From the IMG/VR virus record IMGVR_UViG_3300032038_000001, positions 186,396 to 250,395 of that record: 64,000 bases of DNA, one strand, 5' to 3'. Within the stretch, counting starts at the first letter, position 1. Each line of letters starts with the position of its first letter. Source of the stretch: a virus (Duplodnaviria; Caudoviricetes). Shown here piece by piece: positions 59,901 through 64,000 of this stretch. Both the position numbers and the translations under genes were made by a program. The notes beneath the pieces were generated by a model that worked only from the letters and a program-made list of their open reading frames with translations, had not been told where the DNA came from and made no database searches.

Positions 59901-60603
59901 GTACATTGAAGAAACTGCTAAAGATGCTATTGGTAATCCTAGTGATTATTCATTAGCTGGAGCTGGTATGACAAGTTCATTTGTTAATGACCTTGAGGGC
60001 TACAAAAAAATGGATGATGTTGATAAAGCTACACGACAGTGGCAAGCTGGTGTCGAAAGACCTAGCAATCAATATGCTCATCTTGATAGAAGACTTGGTG
60101 CTGCTAAATGGTTCTATGATAATATGGAGTCTGTAAATACCGGGGGTGGCTCTGGAACAGGAACGCATATATCTAAACCTAAATACGGAACTACTAAATG
60201 GGTACAAGGTAGTAATAAAAAGGGATATCGTTCTATAACATATACTCCTTCTCATTCTTACAATGAACTGGGAACCCAAGCAAACAAAATAATGAAAGAT
60301 TATAATCAATCAGTAAATTCAATTAATATGGCCAATGTATCAAATGTTAGTGATGAACTGTTATTAAAGGCAGTCGACATCTTAGCAGATATTGCAACTA
60401 ATACAGGTGTAGCTAGTGATAAACTTGATATGTTAAAGTCACTTGGACAAAAGGTATCTCAAACCAATGTCATTTCAACTGGAAACACTACTAATAATAG
60501 TGTAAACAATGTTAGTGCAGGTAGTTCGGGACCTTATGCACCGAGCAACCCATCAGAATCAAGAAATTCTATATTAGCTAGACGAATTGCTAGTGGAGTT
60601 TGA
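47956..60603 (+). CDS. Giant tape-measure-like tail protein with C39-like peptidase, CHAP, SGNH esterase, NlpC/P60 and phage tail lysozyme domains
   Basis: Long Ala/Lys/Gly-rich helical body with glycine-zipper segments (about 50460-50820). YYSQND...GCGP...GHYV (about 56480-56990). YGQCTWYA...YGHV...EGN (about 57080-57450). IGDSRT...GVND...DGVH (about 57710-58250). DCTGFV...HGEIY (about 58900-59380). AATAGLMGNIEKE...GLIQWT...ERP (about 59600-60130). Confidence 0.8.
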   Translation: MANKPATVDTVHKNRSKWLTNAMKSIGASTASSLKSIYPNLAEVGGASFNASKTIVSSIRNGRTTVRRVTETLKNNKYVQYANKAYKNALSDFKSGNFDQTDRMVGFDEDDFSGFDDFDDVSFGDEDTPVTNNINVSSDNGTRDAVLNLSSNVQKQSENMMKTNKATMDAYLSINAASMYQIEKLGGEINTHLNNINNSLSAIVQYQNENMNKFMEASMAFYEQMGSKLTSNDDYMSNDKVTAVGTFGNSKGGINLSRYKAYVKSQLKESLPPEVSMIVDALDDSTLDMITSNPLGFATNALTSYMIPKLVGTTISNVEKTFETFVPTMLERLADYGETYADTMFGKLTRYAARSFGLKRAGTSKKLESTKIERGAIPFDGETKHAITQVITKELRDQTAYLRAIAEKVVSKRKVEQSMNKREYWDYATESYQTQDKLRGNIAEMLSNSMIDAFSDTDFYKKMSAMIDAETDEKNKGTLENTFNLLLSGMAKHDHYINLNDLSANSEIMKVVNSLNAKQGTDTTALQELIGMIKNLDTTTRQTSNAGRIKAREAVNKVTEELSKNSNTYNLRDAGVEGVEAWDLVDEDIYNKRDKKYKRKRGAKREANSLARHQALTADTQETGLLGHLIAPATKKATSFMEAVMAGNFKQGKIEFKSIFTDTAKGIFETVRDGVIIPMGETIRDNVLSPMKNMIFGKRNDEGFSEGGLLSGLKNKSKDIFDAVKYEITGEEYTDSDGVKHEAKDKTVVSSVKSLGSKIKKGVMIELFGEDEVDENGNPTGNKKSSGLLNSWKTAISDSLKRFKTAVFGEKDEFTGGNWGGFISHEAQEYMKEKKIPIIAGAGTGSIIGTILGGPVLGAGIGIASSLVGSSDKFKGFLFGDENQLGLINGIKKAFAQGRGMHDVENNTEFSLDTQFVGKAGVGLIGGIIASAFLPGGPVMGGLLGLGASIAGSGKDFKKFLFGEDEVDENGNPTGVHKHGLLGKVGNMINAQFLRPVKTQLSYYVKKTALDLEYTIGDTFNFMAEIVSEKVGDVVGSVQASFKKMANEAVTFLKKNILDNLQNIVRTTLVEPVSKAVTGAASLVYTIGRKMVIGPVEKLHGMLDVAYSNVVQWWQKSSFKNFIDDGKDWLKKAIKNQLKWIGRRIVDVTKLALSPLGLVFKGMSGLGTLIGHSLKKHGIELKLPKRRKQEEDTSINEWDVEGATRAERWRKRRAQHKARSAELKKQYQEQKTRDKNAKLIEKWTKGQYSSDTAEARLKAQQMSGGRIKLDTSVETEDALIQKAKAQITGGTTFGVSRDALQGTVFSTLSPEAQTVVLLDELIKVMRGEDTDEDSEAAKKFREESGLDSLSDAEKGDLTRRVNAIWEKHRKADGTIDYDAAGREIANSSDADKDRLLAMHIHSKKYMKNRKAEMKNQTVDGNNGENSEYQWQDNIELRGGVKNWAKHEFVDKYVYKHNKTQINRMQEKYNRKTHEKLKSFYRLLSKAIRIELKAADNESTPVLDYFGSKKKSDYDLFLKMGPVKFANRIISEGAVTLCGIAINQDTLNKKDNNMLLNKLHPYEGLFNKVSNFDNLSLNATEGLQDNERYKKLTGAVSDYDTNENNIANGKKSSDNTEASTENTSEQSEASTEGANGRGRAKMVITRNNAPKGGRGILGLALGAATTAVKGVIGAGKATIKGVTAIGRKTRESVEAAGEKIKGAKDFARQSLNKIRGKGITQQDKIDAQEKAQDRATMLAIRENTAVSAASQVEHVSAWKKMFSKKGLLTAGLLLMMPKIIKGVNWLVNGNGFSKVIGGVSNTFKSVTENGLIPTIVDLKEKAKKKLEEMFPKTMEKVGTVMDTFSKWHDEIDKNGGNIFKWADGKLTDSPIGDLYTSAKNVFTAYGTVAKALAPAALTLVQSIDWNSITESLIPVAKDISTVINTISDAINNFFGYNKDNKDGKSTAERINEYSQKEKNAVTKMMDGDIIGGAEDFILNEDGEFDGVSAAKLKILANPRTLSKAPKVGKGLVKAGGKTAKGIGWILGRTTKTGKFARKVGKAGKKAGEAFSKTKVGKKAGELLSAGKNKISSFGKNAAGKFSKFKSNVSGLSDLAMEYGDDAYKMMGESKFTNLAAKGLTKVRNVANSAKSAASKLAGKFTGTKVGSAVATGLSKTGKALAFVNKKGGAKELATKIVKSDAVKSVAQKVKNSAAGEGVEEMVKKLLSKLIKAYKWVGEKLGKKIGKKVATEAAEAAAEKGIKSAMKKGGSKFIKMITAGIAKITGKIAMAASTASIADAAFFTLGAIDYGSKGGTARLFQIDEEYVDAKMRIISTVIGGLLQVSWGAWVDLANELVASFKGINLISELACLLYKAISGKKKDNKLDEAREDFKAEYNEYVDKKIEKEYQKQLEDGTLPKNENGDEMTLEEFAAAVKEKKIVVKHKSFDEYNKDKHKGTWAKAGSAIKKQFSTKKGREEAAIKGALLLNPVTGGATLAYEGLKKTKVGKAIGKKAKEVTNAAKKKAKELGADISGAAKSVWSSIKGIGKKKKKKKNKDAKKFSDMLTASSKDLFAVNTAKAKDTFGAIKSQSSAMWDNAKKSISDRLSKVKDFLTGHKETAWYEQSGSYYVANGDTFDHYNANGDLIDSGVSSDSISELIDTGILTEGEIEGASRFSAKLKDISGSLKSSWTSAFKKADLLHKGLKTKIGSMFKNITKNGIIGSIKKAIRGSSREAWFDPNGNYYIKNGKKYDYYNPNNDLIEKGIPADEVEEKIQTGMLTKGTIQRDNSAKSAIKKIQSAVKESWTKAKSVVSSGWKRFKDWISGGSGTGNKNINSIKKSDYGDLSLMFGMGGSGGGRGEDIVNGMPYYSQNDSSWKNMKYGNDGATMGDSGCGPAAMSMIASKLTGQSVSPLETASLAELTGDRDSTGTNWNFIGKASAAYGIDNTQASNPSSGFIRSQLESGHPMILSGASGTGRGGRGGSPYTDAGHYVVATGIDSAGNISVSDPRGKSYNRKYNVNEVADQTGMAWSFGRGGMGGGFGSSYADKVGQVLADLKGPSYKAPINNLPYGQCTWYAEGRAHEKYGWDEFTRRAMGNGGEIYYNAKSWGLDAGTEIKPNSLISRGGSSSYGHVLYVEDVDKENNMVYYSEGNSDGSGHAPDDGVIKSASLDQWNARNPYGYVYTKGSNIYSDADGKGTTSSGDTSYSSDSSGATFSQSENAISSLTGFMGEIGNRLINGMFTGKLDSDFTSYFSGTTESSTNNTINTDNSGKSMIMIGDSRTVGICNALGGPNIQTTGYTGTVGDDIFIGKVGEGLAWLKSSGISLLKTAKNKKINAYIVIWLGVNDCAMGDPESCGKNYATYINENISHLGKDVYVVTPAPTEDGYGNNIINNSLPGFNKGLKNGLNSIVNFVDLYDWFKNGISHGLLKTVDGVHFDKDSYVAIINKIKSSVGAGGGSGYGRRKPTITNTNILPNMWVDPTGGSSFYTGGGRGEFAITGNGSEYSYRNPLLDIDNLAGYKKTFFRTYPISKGLPAVRKAVANDEWELMKKAGSASDYTKLGNLYRTSKDHTNHGGHKTFEKGDTKQYVYTLYQSPMPHNGKSFYIAKDTASSVMNNTSTGSSIREAWKSIWNRIKQNEKDNDTKVTNDGDKSDSYDDMVENEETDGFPNGWIEAVKYVKKVFADELKSKGLGYAWEGHTFDFGSKGKKNFRKDCTGFVSAALWYYGAVPDDIVPAGGWTSHCFGGSNNDPKLIAALDSAGFKRMDFPGWDNLQCGDILIKHEFHGEIYCSGDSAANHQSWNGGSTEGLWADDTIYGADYSYEEIWRPPASAGSRSSSSGGATSSGNIISDMTSFMGEVGNRLVNGMFTGKFDNDFSSYFAGASTDGSSAASGVTVDGKDARSITWNYFTKKGYSKAATAGLMGNIEKETYLDSSNQAFPAGNNKNDGVSTAEWKYSGHREGTGDDGGGLIQWTPWYDKIGAYSKEKTGDNLAWTKDLPMQLEYIEETAKDAIGNPSDYSLAGAGMTSSFVNDLEGYKKMDDVDKATRQWQAGVERPSNQYAHLDRRLGAAKWFYDNMESVNTGGGSGTGTHISKPKYGTTKWVQGSNKKGYRSITYTPSHSYNELGTQANKIMKDYNQSVNSINMANVSNVSDELLLKAVDILADIATNTGVASDKLDMLKSLGQKVSQTNVISTGNTTNNSVNNVSAGSSGPYAPSNPSESRNSILARRIASGV
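57556..59538. repeat. 102-bp imperfect direct repeats (57556-57657 and 59437-59538) preceding catalytic domains
   Basis: Both encode ISxxTxFMGE(I/V)GNRL(I/V)NGMFTGKxDxDFxSYFxG. Confidence 0.85.
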
Positions 60604-60618
60604 ATTTAACTTCATAAA

Positions 60619-60630
60619 AACAAGTGAATA
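60619..60630 (+). promoter_or_regulatory. Late promoter motif (AACAAGTGAATA) followed by a 5' hairpin (60626-60662)
   Basis: AACA-N6-TA; GAATAAGGAGA/TCTCCTTATTC stem. Confidence 0.6.
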
Positions 60631-60692
60631 AGGAGAGTGACTAATCTCACTTCTCCTTATTCGCTTATTTATTATTGAAAGAAGGTAATATA

Positions 60693-62231
60693 ATGGCGGT
60701 AAAACGTACTATGCGATTAATGGGTGCGCCTTATCAATTTACTGATGCTGTCGACCCACGAATAAAAAACATTAATACTGAAGTAGGACAGACATACTTA
60801 AGAAATATACTGTCTGAAGCACCTATTTGTACTATCATACCAGGAGAACCTAAATATCTTCCATCATTAGGAAAAATAGCATCTGATGGTACTGATGGTG
60901 ACTCTAGTGAAACATCTAAAGCTGCAGTAACACATGCTTTGGCTCAAAATTTTCTTACTGATAATAGTGGTTTTAGTGAACTAATAAAAAATACTGAGAT
61001 AACAGATGATGATTTGAAGTTATACGATTTTAAACGTACATATAGTGAATATATGAAATATGTTAATATTTTATGTAGAGCTGGCGCAGTATATCTTGGA
61101 TTATCAAACTATACAATACCTGGCCAGAATGAAACACTGGCGAAAATGGATTGGCGTAATTATCAACTGGATGGTTCTAAATATACAACAATAATTGACA
61201 CATTATCTGAGGAAGGTAAAAAACTTAAAGATATGATAACTGAGGGGTGGGAAACTATCAGAACTGGCGTTGCTGATGCATTTTCAATTGATACTCCTAC
61301 CGGTTATAATTCTGAAGATGAAGACTCAGTTGAAGAAGATACATTATCTACATCAGGTTATGTTCAATTTTATATTGATCCTGAACCATCATTTAGTGAA
61401 ACGATGCAAAATAGTGCTGGTGATTCAATGATAAAAGGTATGTTTGATTCTTCACAGAATTATATGAAAGAATTTGCATTTTTAGCTAATTCTGGTGGAG
61501 CAGGTGAACTTGCAGATTCACTATCTGATTTTGCAACTGGTGCTATGGATGGATTAAATACCGTAATAGAAAAAGTTGCTAAAAGTAGTAGTGCTATCGG
61601 ACAGATAGGCACAGCTTTATCACGTCTAATAAATCTATCGGGTAATGTTATTCGTGGACAAAATATAATTCTTCCACAAATATACCAAAATTCAACATAT
61701 TCTAAAACATATGAAATTACGGTTCATCTTAAATCACCATACGGTTCTAAATTAGGATATTATATTAATATTTTTGTACCAATGATGCATCTGTTAGCTT
61801 TAGCCATACCAAGGCAAGGTACAAATAATACATATGAATCTCCGTTTTTAATAAAGGCATATGTTGATGGCGTTTTTTCATGTAACATGGGAATGGTTGA
61901 TTCTATTGTCATAAATAGATCATCCGAATCATGGTCTGCTGAAGGACTTCCATCTGAAGTTGATGTTACGTTAAGTATAACTGATTTATATAGTCAACTT
62001 ATGTTATCATCATCAGCTAATCCCGCATTATTTATAGGAAATGCTAGTTTGCATGAATTTTTAGCAACTAACTGCGGATTATCTATTTATCAGTCAAATA
62101 TAAAAACGAAAATAGAAATGATGATTGGCACATGGGCTAATTCTATAGGTGATATTCCCAGTAATATTGGCAGTGCTGTTCATGAATATTTAGATAGTGA
62201 ACTTTCGAAGTTTACATCACTTATGTACTAA
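60693..62231 (+). CDS. Virion structural protein (baseplate hub/tail-tube-initiator-like)
   Basis: Follows the TMP; late promoter; tube-fold-like C-terminus FSCNMGMVDSIVI...GLPSEVDVTLSITDL. Start ATG 60693 (track start 60675). Confidence 0.55.
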   Translation: MAVKRTMRLMGAPYQFTDAVDPRIKNINTEVGQTYLRNILSEAPICTIIPGEPKYLPSLGKIASDGTDGDSSETSKAAVTHALAQNFLTDNSGFSELIKNTEITDDDLKLYDFKRTYSEYMKYVNILCRAGAVYLGLSNYTIPGQNETLAKMDWRNYQLDGSKYTTIIDTLSEEGKKLKDMITEGWETIRTGVADAFSIDTPTGYNSEDEDSVEEDTLSTSGYVQFYIDPEPSFSETMQNSAGDSMIKGMFDSSQNYMKEFAFLANSGGAGELADSLSDFATGAMDGLNTVIEKVAKSSSAIGQIGTALSRLINLSGNVIRGQNIILPQIYQNSTYSKTYEITVHLKSPYGSKLGYYINIFVPMMHLLALAIPRQGTNNTYESPFLIKAYVDGVFSCNMGMVDSIVINRSSESWSAEGLPSEVDVTLSITDLYSQLMLSSSANPALFIGNASLHEFLATNCGLSIYQSNIKTKIEMMIGTWANSIGDIPSNIGSAVHEYLDSELSKFTSLMY

Positions 62232-62244
62232 GAAGGTAAATTTA

Positions 62245-62841
62245 ATGCTTAAAATTGAAAAAGAATATAATTCAAAATATGGTAATATACCAAAGGATTA
62301 TTTAAATAGATTTGATTACCTTTTAAATTCATTGAATCTAGGTAAAACTAAAAAAAATCTTACCAATGAGATTTTAAGAATTTTAGATATTAATTGGAAG
62401 TTTGTTACATTTACAATATATCTTCTTCCAAAAGCAACTCCAAGACCACGTAGTGGTAAGAATGGTGTTTTCTATGTCAAAGGAGCAAAAGATAATAAAA
62501 AATATTTTGAGAAATACTTGATAAATCAGGACATTGATATAATAACCACACCAACTAAATTCTATTGTGATACATACTTTCCTATTCCTGAAAGTATGAA
62601 CGCTGTAGAAAAAGTATGTGCAGAACTTGGACTAATCAGACCAACATCAAAACCTGACTGGGATAATGTTGCAAAAGCTTATTGTGATATGTGTCAAGGA
62701 TTTTTATTATATGATGATTCGTTGGTTGTTGAAGGTGTTTCAAGAAAGTGGTACTCTGTTAAACCTAGAATTGAAATAAGTATTTCATATATGGAAGATT
62801 ATGATTCGACGTTTAACAAAAAGAAAATAACGAAAGGGTGA
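62245..62841 (+). CDS. rusA: RusA-family Holliday junction resolvase
   Basis: PKATPRPR, KPDWDNVAKAYCD, YDDSLVV, KPRIEI. Probable start ATG 62245 (RBS AAGG). Confidence 0.85.
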   Translation: MLKIEKEYNSKYGNIPKDYLNRFDYLLNSLNLGKTKKNLTNEILRILDINWKFVTFTIYLLPKATPRPRSGKNGVFYVKGAKDNKKYFEKYLINQDIDIITTPTKFYCDTYFPIPESMNAVEKVCAELGLIRPTSKPDWDNVAKAYCDMCQGFLLYDDSLVVEGVSRKWYSVKPRIEISISYMEDYDSTFNKKKITKG

Positions 62842-62848
62842 AATAATC

Positions 62849-63916
62849 TTGAAAGCTATTTACACAGTATTGAATAATAAAGTTTATCGTATCATGCAAA
62901 ATGTTTGGGCACCAGTTTCTGATGTTGAACGTATTAATGAAAATACCATATCTGTAAAAACAGATGTATATCAAAAAATATTAAATACACAAATATATTT
63001 AACTGACTGGTCATCTGTTGATGCATTGTCAAATAAGGAAAAGGCTGATGCTTTCTTAAAATTCTTAAAAGATGAGCAAATAAAAGAAGTAAATCCATTA
63101 ATTGATAGATTTACAGTATCAGTTGATTATTCTCTTTATAATAAGGATATGCAACGAGAATACGAACATTCTGTTGTAATTAAACCTTTAAAAACACGTG
63201 ATTTTGTTTTTCCTCTTGGAATAAATGAAAATAATGAATGTGTTTATAGAAGGTTTAAACATCTTACTGGTGACCTTGATTGGATTATAACTGACAGGAT
63301 GCCATATGGAATCATGTGTCACAAAAATAGAAAGCATATCATAAAAATAAATGATATTTGCATTTATCAGGATAAATTCGAAGAATCTGATGATGACGTT
63401 CATAATTCAATCTATTCGCAATCATATAATTGTAATTCATGTACAATTAATACGCTATTAGATAATAAGGTTCTCGTATACTCTTCGAAAGTTGCAGGAT
63501 ATGATTTTGCGCCTATTATAAATGAATTTAATCCGAGAATTATCAATTTGAATTTGGTAGTTGACTTAACAAATATTGTTGTAATGTATAATCATAAAGA
63601 CGTAGATGATATCATAACCGAAAATATAGCAACTGCACACGGGATTGATGAATCAGATGATTCTACAAGTTGTGAAAATAGTAATTCCAATTGTAATTGT
63701 AATTGCAATACAGATAGTAATAATTCTGATAGTTTTACTCCAACATATGTTTGGAGAAGAGGCACTGCAAGTGAGTCCCTCGCTTTAAAAGTTGTTGAAG
63801 ACCTTTATCCATCCGAACAGTTTAACTCTGAAACAATGGTTCATAAATCAGATGTTATTGGTGATATACCAGGTATTAATGTAGATGAATATGTTGTTAA
63901 AACACAAGTTACCTAA
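62849..63916 (+). CDS. Hypothetical protein
   Basis: 355 aa, TTG start with RBS AAAGGG. The C-terminal ALKVVEDL...VHKSDVIGDIPGINVDEYV resembles an insert in 17486..21568 (SLLVVDD...IHYSDVTSHISNVKVGDRV). Confidence 0.65.
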   Translation: MKAIYTVLNNKVYRIMQNVWAPVSDVERINENTISVKTDVYQKILNTQIYLTDWSSVDALSNKEKADAFLKFLKDEQIKEVNPLIDRFTVSVDYSLYNKDMQREYEHSVVIKPLKTRDFVFPLGINENNECVYRRFKHLTGDLDWIITDRMPYGIMCHKNRKHIIKINDICIYQDKFEESDDDVHNSIYSQSYNCNSCTINTLLDNKVLVYSSKVAGYDFAPIINEFNPRIINLNLVVDLTNIVVMYNHKDVDDIITENIATAHGIDESDDSTSCENSNSNCNCNCNTDSNNSDSFTPTYVWRRGTASESLALKVVEDLYPSEQFNSETMVHKSDVIGDIPGINVDEYVVKTQVT

Positions 63917-63917
63917 T

Positions 63918-63958
63918 AAAATAAGAGATATGGATTAAATCCATATCTCTTATTTTTT
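63918..63958. terminator. Bidirectional terminator
   Basis: AAAATAAGAGATATGGATT/AATCCATATCTCTTATTTT with A and T flanks. Confidence 0.75.
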
Positions 63959-63964
63959 TATTAT

Positions 63965-64000
63965 TTATTCATTATCACTAACAGGTTCTACATCAATGGT
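63965..64000 (-). CDS. 3' end of a convergent gene entering from the right edge
   Basis: ...TIDVEPVSDNE* ends just before the bidirectional terminator. Confidence 0.4.
   Translation of the reverse strand, partial: TIDVEPVSDNE

Noticed and set aside
1294-63403. Many short ORFs nested in or antisense to long genes (for example 2244..2600, 7788..8348, 14345..14917, 49836..50399, 53202..53744)
   Set aside because: No RBS or promoter; Ser/Phe/Leu-rich mirror composition typical of shadow frames.
1-64000. Genome-wide stop-codon reassignment
   Set aside because: Standard code 11 gives dense long ORFs, and TAA, TGA and TAG all end genes; only one local readthrough candidate was found.

Overview
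A 64 kb, very AT-rich (roughly 30% GC by eye), gene-dense segment of a jumbo myophage of the AR9/PBS1/phiKZ-related type. The host is probably a Gram-positive Bacillota, judged from strong AAGGAG Shine-Dalgarno sites and Gram-positive-type wall hydrolases. It contains the 5' end of the probable major capsid gene (missed by the ORF track), head/internal proteins, phage gyrA/gyrB, a tubulin/FtsZ-family (PhuZ/TubZ-like) gene and a baseplate-like protein. Also present are a DEDD exonuclease, a minimal PolB-palm-like protein, a kinase-like protein, paralog arrays, a split beta-like RNA polymerase subunit (probably virion-packaged), an HU-like protein, a 4,200-aa tape-measure-like protein with five C-terminal hydrolase domains, and RusA. 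Reading intergenic DNA gave two promoter classes: AACA-N6-TA upstream of structural genes, matching the AR9 uracil-dependent late promoter consensus, and TYATAYATYAT upstream of non-structural genes. The most unusual signals are four. (i) An ORF-free locus at 34.9-35.4 kb has two late promoters and a terminator on the minus strand, predicting a G-cluster/polypurine RNA (R-loop origin candidate) and a ~90-nt sRNA carrying an anti-Shine-Dalgarno segment. (ii) A duplicated N-terminal tag MNDYLDLYLDY(M/I)VEE, plus recurring hydrophobic-x-E linkers, points to a capsid-targeting and protease-processed polyprotein cargo system. (iii) A 52-codon open frame continues past the stop of 28661..29935. (iv) The tail hydrolase cassettes are bounded by Gly-Gly linkers and 102-bp repeats. 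All assignments come from manual motif reading; no database searches were run.
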